From contig OY969695.1 in assembly GCA_963701965.1 (NCBI GenBank), positions 672,001 through 736,000 of the forward strand: DNA of 64,000 nt, in the 5' to 3' direction. How positions within the stretch are numbered: position 1 is the stretch's first letter; the number at the start of each line of letters is the position of its first letter. Position numbers and translations under genes: made by a program. Shown here in pieces: positions 1-9,505 of the stretch. The DNA is from an uncultured Gemmatimonadales bacterium. Lineage in GTDB: Bacteria; Gemmatimonadota; Gemmatimonadetes; Gemmatimonadales; Gemmatimonadaceae. The notes beneath the pieces were generated by a model. It did no database searches. It saw nothing but the letters and a program-made list of their open reading frames with translations, and was not told the DNA's origin.

Positions 1-617
1 TCGAACGCCTTGCTGCCACCAGGACGCTGGCCCAGCGGAAACATCGCGTCGAGGACCCACGGATAGGCCTTGAGCAGCGGAAAAGGAGAACCGCAATGCG
101 TCGCCCGGTACCCGAGCGTCACGCGCACCCGGAGCCCGTGGTGCGCCGTACGGGTGGGATTATTGATCATCGCGTAGGCCAACAGGCGTTGACCCCGCTC
201 CAGCGGCAGACCCAACACCAGCTCGGGGATGCTCACCGCCGGCGTCTCCTTGCTCGCCGCCAAGATGTGGAGTGAGCTCGAGAGAAACAGATCCCGATGA
301 CCCGGGTCGGTCAGGTTCACATGATGGAGAAACCCTCGCGGCAACGTCTGGCCGGCGCTGTCAACCACCTCGGTCTGCACGCTGTGCAGCGAACCCGATT
401 CCGGAATGATTACCTGATGCACCGGCAGGCTGATCATGGCGTCCATGCCGTCCATGGAGGACGCCGGCAGGTCGGTCGGCGTGAACTCCACGGTGAGCTG
501 ATCCCGTGCCGGGCTCAGGGTCACGGTGGCCCGTGGCAGGACCGAGAAGTCCGGGACCGGCTGGTCGACGAACGGCCCCGCGAGCGACAGCACAGCCAGC
601 ATGCCGGGAATGCACAT
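1..617 (-). CDS. Secreted hypothetical protein, partial (3' end runs off the window); His-His motif reminiscent of Cu type II monooxygenase N-domains
   Basis: Not in the ORF track. Read manually from ATG at 617 with AGGGAG RBS: MCIPGMLAVLSLAGPFVDQPVPD...GQTLPRGFLHHVNLTDPGHRDLFL...YPWVLDAMFPLG; frame open to position 1. Confidence 0.75.
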   Translation of the reverse strand, partial: MCIPGMLAVLSLAGPFVDQPVPDFSVLPRATVTLSPARDQLTVEFTPTDLPASSMDGMDAMISLPVHQVIIPESGSLHSVQTEVVDSAGQTLPRGFLHHVNLTDPGHRDLFLSSSLHILAASKETPAVSIPELVLGLPLERGQRLLAYAMINNPTRTAHHGLRVRVTLGYRATHCGSPFPLLKAYPWVLDAMFPLGQRPGGSKAF

Positions 618-802
618 CGTTGGGCTCCCTTTTCCGCACGACGTGTCGTATGGCGCGAGTGGGTGCGAACCGCGCCACGCATATATCCCGGCCAAGTAGT
701 TCTGTATCCCCGTCCGCTTCGCGGCCGGAAACGTGGCAAGGCCGAGGCCACGAGCCACAGGCTCGCGCGATTCTCGATGTCACATTTCTGATGCCGCCAA
801 TT

Positions 803-931
803 CTACCAATGGCGCGCGTAAACGAATATGGCGATCCCGGCCACGACGACGAGAATGGCGACGACGGGCGCCACCAGCGTCAGGAGCGCGAGCGTGGGTT
901 CGATCGGGCGACGGCGTCGGGGTTTGGTCAT
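803..931 (-). CDS. Small single-pass membrane protein (42 aa)
   Basis: Manual translation MTKPRRRRPIEPTLALLTLVAPVVAILVVVAGIAIFVYARHW*: basic N-terminus plus long hydrophobic helix; fills the intergenic gap. Confidence 0.55.
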   Translation of the reverse strand: MTKPRRRRPIEPTLALLTLVAPVVAILVVVAGIAIFVYARHW

Positions 932-981
932 TTTCGTATGTCACGCTGGACGGCGCGCACCGGCTCCCACCTATTTACGAC

Positions 982-1968
982 ATGCGCTCCACCTATGACG
1001 ATGCACTGCACCGTGGCGACACGATCGACACGGTCGCCCTCGCGTATCCGCCGACGCCGATCGAGGAGATGGCCCGGCTGCGTGCGGCACTGGGCGGCGG
1101 TCCCCGCCTGACCGTCAAGCGCGACGACGCGATCCCCTTCGGCTTCGGCGGCAACAAGGTCCGCAAGCTCGCGCTCGTCGTCGCGGAAGCGGCGACGGCG
1201 GGCGCGGACACCCTGATCACCGTCGGCGGGGTGCAGTCGAACCACATGCGCGCGACCGCGTCGATGGCCGCACGCGTCGGTCTCCATTGTCATCTGATCG
1301 CCAACGGCGCGCCTCCGGCGCGGCCGACGGGAAACGCCCTGCTCGACGACCTGTTGGGCGCCGAGGTCGAGTACATCGCCTCGCGGGCGGAGCGGAGCAC
1401 CGCCATCGCGGCCGCCGTCGATCGCCTGTGCCGCGCCGGCCGCTCCCCGTACGTGGTCCCGCTCGGCGCCTCCACACCGCTCGGCGCCGTGGGCTTCGTG
1501 CGGGCGATCGGCGAGATGCTCACCCAAGGGCCGCCACCCGATGTCATCGTGCACGCCACGTCCTCCGGAGGGACACAAGCCGGACTGGTGGCGGGCTGCG
1601 CGCTCCACAATCTGCCGACGCGTGTCATCGGCGTCAGCGCCAATGATCCCGCGCCCTCGATCGCCGCCATCGTGCGCGACGTCATCGCGGGTATGGGCAC
1701 GCTCCTCGGCGTGGACGGCGCCGCGCTCGCCGCGGCCCGCCCGATCGAAGTCGACGACGGACACATCGGACCAGGGTATGGCTTGCCAAGCCCGGAGTCA
1801 CTCGAGGCACAGCGCCTCGCCGCCCGCACCGAGGCGGTGTTCGTCGATCACACGTACACGGCGAAAGCGCTCGGGGCGCTGATCGGCTGGGTCAGGGACG
1901 GCCGATTCCGGGACGACGAGACGATTCTCTTCTGGCACACCGGCGGCCAACCCGCGTTGTTCGCGTGA
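982..1968 (+). CDS. D-cysteine desulfhydrase / ACC deaminase family PLP enzyme
   Basis: PTPIE, VKRDD..FGGNKVRKL (PLP lysine), GGVQSNH, SSGGTQAGL, YTAKA, FWHTGG motifs; start moved to ATG 982. Confidence 0.93.
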   Translation: MRSTYDDALHRGDTIDTVALAYPPTPIEEMARLRAALGGGPRLTVKRDDAIPFGFGGNKVRKLALVVAEAATAGADTLITVGGVQSNHMRATASMAARVGLHCHLIANGAPPARPTGNALLDDLLGAEVEYIASRAERSTAIAAAVDRLCRAGRSPYVVPLGASTPLGAVGFVRAIGEMLTQGPPPDVIVHATSSGGTQAGLVAGCALHNLPTRVIGVSANDPAPSIAAIVRDVIAGMGTLLGVDGAALAAARPIEVDDGHIGPGYGLPSPESLEAQRLAARTEAVFVDHTYTAKALGALIGWVRDGRFRDDETILFWHTGGQPALFA

Positions 1969-3302
1969 GGCCACCATCGACGGCCTTGCCACGGCGGCTC
2001 GGACTCATCGGCGCCTTGGCCGTCGTCATCGGTTCGACGATCGGGTCCGGCATCTTCCGTTCACCGGCCTCGATCGCGGGTCGCCTCCCGTCCCCGCTGG
2101 CGATCATGGCCGTCTGGGCAGCCGGCGGCGTCCTGGCTCTGTGCGGCGCGCTCACGATGGCCGAAGTCGCGGGCGCCCTCCCGGAAACCGGCGGCATCTA
2201 CGTCATTGTCCGGGCGGGCTGGGGTCAGCTGGCGGCGTTTCTCTTTGGCTGGACGGAGCTCATCATCATCCGCGCCGCCGCCCTCGGCGCCGTGGCGACG
2301 ACCTTCGCCGAGTACGCGCTCCGGATCCTCGGATACAACCCGACGGTCGCGCCCTACGTCGCGTGGGTGCACGATATCGCGGCGATCGCCATCGTCGTGC
2401 TGGCGGCCGTGAACATCATCGGGGTGCGGGCCAGCGCGTTGGTGTTGGAACTGACGACGATCGCCAAGTACGGCGCCTTGCTCTTCGTCGTGATCGCCGT
2501 CGTGCTCGCCGCGCCGGCGCACGGAGCGGTAACGGCCGCCGCGGCACTCCCCGGGGCGCCCATCACCACGGGGGCATTCGGTTTGGCGTTGGTGTCCGTG
2601 CTGTGGGCGTACGATCGATGGGCCGATCTCAGCTTCGTCGCCGGCGAGGTCAGCGACCCGGCGCGCAACATCCCGCGGGCGTTGATCGCTGGGACTGTGG
2701 CGGTGATCGCGATCTACTTGGCCGCCAATTTCGCCTACCTCGCGGTGTTGCCGCCGGATCGGATGCGCACGTCGGCCCTCGTGGCCGCGGACGTCGCGCA
2801 GATGGTCGTCGGCCACTGGGGCGTCGTCGTCATCGGCCTGGCCGTGGTGCTGGCGACGATCGGCACGCTCAACGGTTCCCTGCTCACGGCGCCGCGGATC
2901 TTTTTCGCCATGGCCAATGACGGGATGTTGTTCCGCCCGATCGCGGCGGTGCACCCCCGGTTTCAGACGCCGTACGCCGCGATCGCTCTCAGCGCGACGT
3001 TGGGCGTCCTGTTCGTGCTCCTGCGGACGTTCGAGCAGCTCGCCGACACGTTCATCACAGCCATTGTGCCGTTTTATGCGCTCGGTGTCGCCGCGGTGTT
3101 CCGGCTGCGACGCCAGCCGGGTTACCATCCGCCGTATCGCGTCCCCGGCTATCCGGTCGTGCCAGCGCTTTTCGTGCTCGCGGCGGCGTTTCTGCTGTTC
3201 AACGCCATCGCCGACCCGGCGGGCCGCTGGCCCACGCTGGCCGTGCTCGGCGTGACACTCGCCGGCATACCCGTTTACTACTTCGTGGTTCGACGGAAGT
3301 GA
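1965..3302 (+). CDS. APC family amino acid permease
   Basis: GSTIGSGIF, PETGGIY, GEVSDPARNIPRA, PRIFFAMA, HPRFQTP, PYRVPGYP motifs; about 12 TM segments; GTGA overlap with upstream gene. Confidence 0.93.
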   Translation: MRPPSTALPRRLGLIGALAVVIGSTIGSGIFRSPASIAGRLPSPLAIMAVWAAGGVLALCGALTMAEVAGALPETGGIYVIVRAGWGQLAAFLFGWTELIIIRAAALGAVATTFAEYALRILGYNPTVAPYVAWVHDIAAIAIVVLAAVNIIGVRASALVLELTTIAKYGALLFVVIAVVLAAPAHGAVTAAAALPGAPITTGAFGLALVSVLWAYDRWADLSFVAGEVSDPARNIPRALIAGTVAVIAIYLAANFAYLAVLPPDRMRTSALVAADVAQMVVGHWGVVVIGLAVVLATIGTLNGSLLTAPRIFFAMANDGMLFRPIAAVHPRFQTPYAAIALSATLGVLFVLLRTFEQLADTFITAIVPFYALGVAAVFRLRRQPGYHPPYRVPGYPVVPALFVLAAAFLLFNAIADPAGRWPTLAVLGVTLAGIPVYYFVVRRK

Positions 3303-3309
3303 TGCGGCA

Positions 3310-5325
3310 GTGATGTTCGCCCTGCTACTCGCGCTCGCCCCGGCGATCGCGTGTCCCGATACCGCGGTCGCCGAGCCGACCGCGCCCAACTACTGTACGC
3401 CGCTCGTGCCCACGCCGGACCTGGATACGGTGACGGCCACGCTGGAACTGGCGCCGGCCGACAGCCCGTTCGGCGTTGCCGTGACGGCCGACGGACGGCC
3501 GCGATACGTGTTGACGACTACGATCGCGGGTCTCCCCAAGCCGTCGGCGCTGGGACCGTACACGGTATACATCGCTTGGGTCGCCAGTCTGACCATGGAC
3601 AGCGTCGTGAAGCTCGGCGTCGTGCGCGAAGGGCGCACGACGTTGGGTCCCGTAACCCGTAACCAATTTCGCGTGGTGGTGAGCGCCGAGGCGTCGGCGA
3701 CGGTCACCGCGCGGCACGGGCGCCTCGTGCTGCGCGGCACGTCGCCGAGCACGCGGCTCCTGGCCCATCGTGATCTGGCCACGCCATTCGCACCCGGCGC
3801 GCAAGCCACCGGCATGCTCATGGACGAGAGTCGGCCGTTTGTGCCTGGCGCCGCCGTCGACGCCGCGACCCTGCCCGTGGCCCGCCCGACCGTGAGCACG
3901 GTCGCGCGCTCCGGCGACACCGTCGACCTCACCGCTACCCTCGTACGCCGCACGATCGCCGGGCGGTCCGTCGTCTTGTACGGGTACAACGGCCAGGTGC
4001 CCGGACCGTGCCTTCGGGTGGCCCAGGGCGCGCGCATCGTCGTGCGGTTTCGGAACGCCATCGACCTGCCGACCGCGGTCCACTGGCACGGGGTGCGGGT
4101 TGACAACCGGTCCGACGGCGCCGTCGGTCTCACTCAGAACGCGGTGCCGCCCGGCGGCTCGTTCTTCTACACGGTGGACTTCCCCGACGCCGGCATCTTC
4201 TGGTACCACGCCCACGAGCGGGAGGATATCGAACAAGCCTCCGGCCTGTACGGGAGCATCGTGGTAGCGCCGCGCTCGGACGCTTCCTACGGGCCGGCCA
4301 ACGACACGGCGATGTTGGCGATTGAGGACATCACGCCCGGTGAACCTTACGGAGCGACGTCGCCGACCCACGCGTTGATGGGACGGTTCGGCACCACGTT
4401 TCTCGTCAATGGACAGGCGTCATATACGCGGACCGTGCGCCGCAATGCCGTCGTCCGTTTTTTCTTGACGAACGTCTCCAACGCCCGCACCTACAATCTG
4501 TCGTTCGCGGGGGCCCGCATGAAGGTGGTTGCGGCCGACATGGGGAAGTTCGCGCGCGAGGCCTGGGTGGAGAGCGTGGTGATCGGGCCGGCAGAACGGT
4601 ACATCGTCGACGTGCAGTTCACGACTCCCGGGCGATCGATCCTTGCCAATCGCATTCAGGCCTTGGATCACCCATCGGGCACCATCTATCCCGAGGTCGA
4701 CACGCTGGGGCGCGTTGACGTCGAGTCCGGCCCGGCAATGCCTGATTATTCGGCATCATTCGCGCGGCTGCGCGACAACCCCGAAGTCGAGCGCGACATC
4801 GCGCGCTACCGGCCGGCGTTCGATCGCGCTCCCGACTACGTGCTGGCGCTGCAAATGCGACCGGTTCGGCTGCCGGCGGCGATTACCAGCATGCTGACGG
4901 GCGTGTCGACGCCCGTCGATTGGAACGACGGGATGGGAGCCATGAATCGCGCCGTCACTGGGGACGCGCTGACCTGGATCCTCCGCGATGCCGCGAGCGG
5001 CGCCGAGAACATGGCGATCGGTTGGCATGTCGCCCAGGGGACAGTGCTGAAGGTGCGCGTCTACAACGATCCGATCGGCTTACACCCGATGGATCACCCC
5101 ATCCACGTCCATGGCCAACGCCTGCTCGTCGTGAGCCGGAACGGCGCGCCCAACGCGCATCTCGTGTGGAAGGACACCGTTGTGATACCCGCCGGCCAGG
5201 TCGTCGATCTGCTCATCGATATGACGAATCCCGGACGGTGGATGATCCATTGCCATATCGCCGAGCATCGCGCCTCGGGGATGATGATGGCCTTTGTCGT
5301 CGACTCGTCGCGGGGAGGAACGTAG
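3310..5325 (+). CDS. Multicopper oxidase (laccase-like) with extra N-terminal domain
   Basis: Four Cu motifs HWHG, WYHAH, HPIHVHG, HCHIAEH-x4-M; signal peptide. Confidence 0.93.
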   Translation: MMFALLLALAPAIACPDTAVAEPTAPNYCTPLVPTPDLDTVTATLELAPADSPFGVAVTADGRPRYVLTTTIAGLPKPSALGPYTVYIAWVASLTMDSVVKLGVVREGRTTLGPVTRNQFRVVVSAEASATVTARHGRLVLRGTSPSTRLLAHRDLATPFAPGAQATGMLMDESRPFVPGAAVDAATLPVARPTVSTVARSGDTVDLTATLVRRTIAGRSVVLYGYNGQVPGPCLRVAQGARIVVRFRNAIDLPTAVHWHGVRVDNRSDGAVGLTQNAVPPGGSFFYTVDFPDAGIFWYHAHEREDIEQASGLYGSIVVAPRSDASYGPANDTAMLAIEDITPGEPYGATSPTHALMGRFGTTFLVNGQASYTRTVRRNAVVRFFLTNVSNARTYNLSFAGARMKVVAADMGKFAREAWVESVVIGPAERYIVDVQFTTPGRSILANRIQALDHPSGTIYPEVDTLGRVDVESGPAMPDYSASFARLRDNPEVERDIARYRPAFDRAPDYVLALQMRPVRLPAAITSMLTGVSTPVDWNDGMGAMNRAVTGDALTWILRDAASGAENMAIGWHVAQGTVLKVRVYNDPIGLHPMDHPIHVHGQRLLVVSRNGAPNAHLVWKDTVVIPAGQVVDLLIDMTNPGRWMIHCHIAEHRASGMMMAFVVDSSRGGT

Positions 5326-6741
5326 ATGTCGCGTGTGCCGAAGATCATGACCATGGTCGCCCTTCTCGCGATGGCCACGGTGGCGGGCGCCCAGTCGCCC
5401 GGCCGGTCGCCATTCATCGCCGTCGACACCGCGGTTGTCGCCCTGACCCACGTGACCGTCATCGACGGCACCGGCACATCCGCGCGTCCCGATCAGACGA
5501 TCGTGCTCGAACGCGGGCGCATCAGCGCGGTCGGCCCGACCGGCTCGGTCACGGTGCCGTCGAGCGCGCGCGTCTTCGACTGGCGCGGTCGGACGGTGAT
5601 GCCGGGGATCGTGGGCCTCCACGATCACATGTACTACGGATCATCGGCCACCGGATCGCGCACGATGCTCGTCAGCTATCCGCGGCTCTTTCTGGCCTCG
5701 GGTGTCACGACGATTCGCACGACCGGCAGCATCGACCCCTACCAGGAGCTCAACCTCCGGCAGGCCATCCTGTCCGGCAAGACCGTGGGGCCCGAAGTCT
5801 TCGTGACCGGTCCGTACTTGCAGGGGACGGGCGGAGGCGTCGGGTGGATGCATCCGCTGAATAGCCCGGACGAGGCTCGGCGGCTCGTGCGCTATTGGTC
5901 GGAGGAAGGCATCTCGTGGTTCAAAGCGTACACCCAGATCACGCGCGCCGAGCTGGGCGCCGCGATCGACGAAGCGCACAAGCACGGGATGAAGGTGACC
6001 GCCCACCTGTGCTCGGTCGGTTTCCGGGAAGCCGTGGCGCTGGGCATCGATAATCTCGAGCACGGTCTGTTGACCGACACCGAGTTCTGGCCCGGCAAGC
6101 AGCCCGACGTGTGCCCGACCCCCGGCGATTCCGCCCAGTATGACAAGCTGGACATCGACGACGCCGACGTGCAGCGCACGATCCGCGAGATGGTGGCCCA
6201 TCACGTGGCCATGACATTGACGCTGGCCGTCTTCGAGCTGTCGTCCCCGTCGCGCATCCCGCTCGATCCGCGGATCTACGACGCCTTCGCCCCGGCCGTG
6301 GCGACGACGGTGCGGGCGTGGTACGACACCGCACAGCACAAGGCGGATGGCGCCGAGCGGATCGCGCTGGGAAAGGCCATGGCGTTCGAGCGCGCGTTCG
6401 TGCGGGCCGGCGGGCTGCTGGGCGCCGGATCCGATCCCTGCTGTCTGACGGAGATCGCCGGATACGGCGACCAGCGCAACTTCGAGCTGCTGGTGGAGGC
6501 CGGGTTCACGCCCGAAGAAGCCGTTCAGGTCATGACGCTCAACGGCGCCCGAATCCTAGGGATCGCCGACCGTGTCGGCTCGATCGCGCCCGGGAAACAA
6601 GCCGATCTGGTGGTGATCGACGGTGATCCCGTGGCGCGGCCGGCCGACATTCGCAAGGTCTCGATGGTCTTCAAGTCCGGCGTCGGTTACGACTCCAACG
6701 CGTTGATCGCCTCCGTGCGCGGTTTGGTCGGGCTCAAGTGA
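5326..6741 (+). CDS. Secreted amidohydrolase family protein
   Basis: VIDGTG, PGIVGLHDH, SGVTTIR, TAH, LEHG, AGSD, GSIAPGKQADLVV; signal peptide; GGAGGA RBS. Confidence 0.92.
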   Translation: MSRVPKIMTMVALLAMATVAGAQSPGRSPFIAVDTAVVALTHVTVIDGTGTSARPDQTIVLERGRISAVGPTGSVTVPSSARVFDWRGRTVMPGIVGLHDHMYYGSSATGSRTMLVSYPRLFLASGVTTIRTTGSIDPYQELNLRQAILSGKTVGPEVFVTGPYLQGTGGGVGWMHPLNSPDEARRLVRYWSEEGISWFKAYTQITRAELGAAIDEAHKHGMKVTAHLCSVGFREAVALGIDNLEHGLLTDTEFWPGKQPDVCPTPGDSAQYDKLDIDDADVQRTIREMVAHHVAMTLTLAVFELSSPSRIPLDPRIYDAFAPAVATTVRAWYDTAQHKADGAERIALGKAMAFERAFVRAGGLLGAGSDPCCLTEIAGYGDQRNFELLVEAGFTPEEAVQVMTLNGARILGIADRVGSIAPGKQADLVVIDGDPVARPADIRKVSMVFKSGVGYDSNALIASVRGLVGLK

Positions 6742-6750
6742 CCTGACCGC

Positions 6751-7731
6751 TCACGGCTTGGCTGGCGTCGTCGTCGCGGCCTTGGCCTGCGCCTTGGTCG
6801 TTTGGGCTGGCGCCGCGGCGGGTGTCGCCGGAGTGGCCGAGGCCGCGTTCGTCGACGTGCAGGGCGCGGGCGCGGTGGCCGCTCCCGCGACCGCGTTGGT
6901 GGGCGCCGCCTTCTTCTTGCCGAACAGGTTGCCAATGCTGGTGACGGCGGCCGACGCATTGTTCACGGCGGTCGTGGCGCCCGTGGTAGCGTTCTGCACC
7001 GTCTGGGAGTTCGTCGCGCCCGCGATCGCGGACGCCGTCCCCGCCGTTCCGCACGGCTGCGGCGCCGTCGCCGCGTTGGCGACGCCCGTGGCGCTGGCCA
7101 GCGTGCCGTTCGACGCCATGGCGACCTGGCCCGGCTGCGCGCCGGCGGCCCCGTTGGCGAGCCCCTTGAATTGCAGGGGGAACTCGCCGCCCAACGTGTG
7201 TTGGTTGCCCGTATAGGTGTTGATCTCGTCGACCGTCAGATCCAGCTCGAAGTTGAAACCAATGACCGGCGGGTTCCCCACCAGTCCCAGCTCGAAACGC
7301 GCGTCGCCGAAGCCTCCCGGCTGGATCGCGAACTTGGGGTCGAAGTTGTTCGGGCCGTACACGAGGCCGATGCCGCGATAGGCGTTCGCGCCGGCGACGA
7401 TGTACCGGTTGCCGCGTTCGTCGGTCGCCGTGCCCGAATTCACGGCGTAGCCCAGCGTCACAAGTCCCGTCGTCTTGTTCACGAAATGGACGGTCGCATC
7501 AATGATCTTGTACGGACCCTGAACACTGGTGCGAAAGTCCGTGATCGTCGCGGCGAAGTCGGCCGTTTCGTAGCAGAACGCCGTATTTCCGCAAATCAGG
7601 ACCGGCTGCGGGGCGGCCTGCGCCGCGGGTGCAGCGGCGGCTTGGGCGTGGCCGACGGCTGCCGTCCCGGCGAAAATGGCGAAAAATGTTACCGCGGTGA
7701 GACGCCGGGAAACCGATTGAGTCGACAGCAT
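6751..7731 (-). CDS. Secreted hypothetical protein with Ala/Thr/Pro-rich tail
   Basis: Signal peptide (..VGHAQA), globular core, low-complexity C-terminus; GGAG RBS. Confidence 0.75.
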   Translation of the reverse strand: MLSTQSVSRRLTAVTFFAIFAGTAAVGHAQAAAAPAAQAAPQPVLICGNTAFCYETADFAATITDFRTSVQGPYKIIDATVHFVNKTTGLVTLGYAVNSGTATDERGNRYIVAGANAYRGIGLVYGPNNFDPKFAIQPGGFGDARFELGLVGNPPVIGFNFELDLTVDEINTYTGNQHTLGGEFPLQFKGLANGAAGAQPGQVAMASNGTLASATGVANAATAPQPCGTAGTASAIAGATNSQTVQNATTGATTAVNNASAAVTSIGNLFGKKKAAPTNAVAGAATAPAPCTSTNAASATPATPAAAPAQTTKAQAKAATTTPAKP

Positions 7732-7934
7732 GCTCCACCCCTGGTTGGATGCACAGAACGTGGGCGACTACGAGCCGCCCACTACGCCTTGCGCATACAG
7801 TAGGAGAATCCCCTCACCTCGGCAATAACGCGTCCGCAACAGTACCGACATAATCAACCGGTCACGCTATTCATACAGTGCGCGGCCCAATGTATGCCAC
7901 CCGGACGGGGAGCGACGAGACCCGGAGGTCGGCC

Positions 7935-8192
7935 ATGGCCCGGTGTGAAGTGTGCGGAAACGATTACTACCTGTCGTTCGAAGTCATCGCCGCGGGCGCC
8001 CGGCATGTCTTTGACAGTTTCGAGTGCGCGATCCACCGTTTGGCTCCGATCTGCGACCATTGCGGTTGCAAGATCATTGGCCACGGCATCGAGGCGGACC
8101 AGGCGTTCTTTTGCTGCGCCCACTGTGCCCGCGAGAGCGGCGTCGCGCTGGCCGTCGATCACGTGGGCGCGGCGCCGGGGGCCAGCAGATAG
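7935..8192 (+). CDS. Small Cys/His-rich metal-binding protein (metallothionein/TRASH-like, 85 aa)
   Basis: GGAGG RBS; CEVC..FDSFEC..CDHCGC..FCCAHC; 9 Cys, 6 His. Confidence 0.85.
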   Translation: MARCEVCGNDYYLSFEVIAAGARHVFDSFECAIHRLAPICDHCGCKIIGHGIEADQAFFCCAHCARESGVALAVDHVGAAPGASR

Positions 8193-8620
8193 TTTTGGAG
8201 CTTGTCGAAGCACTCGCCCCACCCGCCGGCGTGGCCGTTCCGGGCCTCGACGGACGCGAATCGCGCCTGCCGGAACGTCATCTCGGTCTTACCGTCCCGC
8301 TCGGCGAACGTCACCGTGATCACCGTCTCGTCGCCCGGCTTTCCATCGGCGCCCAGCCAGGCATGGGTGAACACCAGGCGCTCCGGCGGGACGATCTCCC
8401 GGTAAACACCGCCGAGCCATAGGTCCGCCCCCTCCGTGGGTCGCATGCAGGCGCGCCAGGCGCCCCCAGGACGGAGATCGGCCTCGCCGAACGGGAGCGT
8501 GAATCCCATGGGCGCCATCCACTGCGCGATCCGATCGCCCTCGGTCCACGCTTTGAACACCAGGATCCGGGGCGCGTCGAAGACGCGCTGGATCACCAAT
8601 TCGCGGTCGTCGGCCATCAT
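8159..8620 (-). CDS. SRPBCC/AHSA1 (START-like) domain protein
   Basis: ELVIQRVFDAPRILVFKAWT, DLRPGG, GVYREIVPPERLVFT, GW...DKL; start at ATG 8620. Confidence 0.92.
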   Translation of the reverse strand: MMADDRELVIQRVFDAPRILVFKAWTEGDRIAQWMAPMGFTLPFGEADLRPGGAWRACMRPTEGADLWLGGVYREIVPPERLVFTHAWLGADGKPGDETVITVTFAERDGKTEMTFRQARFASVEARNGHAGGWGECFDKLQNYLLAPGAAPT

Positions 8621-8722
8621 TTGGTCCTCGTCTGGGCTTCCCTGAGCATCGCGCAAGTACGCGTCCATCGATCGGACAAAGGGTTGCTTGCCACGCGATC
8701 ACACTTCGTCTATGATCACACT

Positions 8723-9499
8723 ATGGATGCAACGCGGATGGCAACGCGGATGGCAACGCACGACGACGGCGCCGCGCGGATCGCCGCCGCCATCGGCGAA
8801 CCCGCCCGGGCGCGGATGCTGTACTGCCTGGTGGATGACCGGGCCCGCACCAGCACCGAGCTGGCGGGCATCGCCGACGTGACGCCCTCGACGGCGAGCG
8901 CGCACCTGAACCGCTTGCGGGCCGAAGGGTTGGTGCGCGTGGCCGTCCAGGGTAAACATCGCTACTACCGGCTACAGGGCCCCGATGTCGCCCGGGTCCT
9001 CGAGGGCCTGAGCGTCCTGGCCGGGGGCGCGCGGCCGCCGTTCATCCCCAACACGCCGCACCGGCTGCGGGGCGCGCGTACCTGCTACGATCACATGGCC
9101 GGCACGCTCGCCGTGGCACTCCACGATCGCCTGGCGGCCCTCGAATGGTTGTCGCCGGCCAGCGGCGATGCCTACGAGATCACGGCGCGGGGCGCCGCGG
9201 CCCTGGAAAAGCTCGGCGTGGACGTCAGCGGCGCGCGCGCGATGCGGCGCCGGTTTGCTTACGCCTGCCTCGACTGGAGTGAGCGGCGTGCGCACCTGGG
9301 CGGAGCCGTTGGCGCGGCGCTGCTCGCGCTCGCGCTGCGGCGCCGGTGGGTGGCGCCGGAGCGAGAGAGCCGGGCGCTCCGTGTGACGCCTCTCGGGCAG
9401 CGCGAACTCTTCGCGCAATTCGGGCTGGACGCGGCTGATCGTCCTCCCGCGCCCGTGCCGGATCACCAAGCCGCGGGGATCCAGCGTAGGGTGGAGTGA
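8723..9499 (+). CDS. ArsR/SmtB family transcriptional regulator with C-terminal extension
   Basis: IGEPARARML, TELA..TPSTASAHL, QGKHRYYRL, ARTCYDHMAG, CLDWSERRAHLGG; divergent from the SRPBCC gene. Confidence 0.92.
   Translation: MDATRMATRMATHDDGAARIAAAIGEPARARMLYCLVDDRARTSTELAGIADVTPSTASAHLNRLRAEGLVRVAVQGKHRYYRLQGPDVARVLEGLSVLAGGARPPFIPNTPHRLRGARTCYDHMAGTLAVALHDRLAALEWLSPASGDAYEITARGAAALEKLGVDVSGARAMRRRFAYACLDWSERRAHLGGAVGAALLALALRRRWVAPERESRALRVTPLGQRELFAQFGLDAADRPPAPVPDHQAAGIQRRVE
8729..8759 (+). repeat. 12-bp tandem repeat (GCAACGCGGATG x2.6) in the 5' end of the ArsR gene
   Basis: GCAACGCGGATG GCAACGCGGATG GCAACGC; encodes ATRM-ATRM-AT. Confidence 0.85.
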
Positions 9500-9505
9500 G
9501 GAGCC

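Noticed and set aside
2610..2625. Permease YDRW (family usually YDGW) as part of the CATCG signature
   Set aside because: It would need G->C, not C->T/G->A; left as an isolated substitution or error
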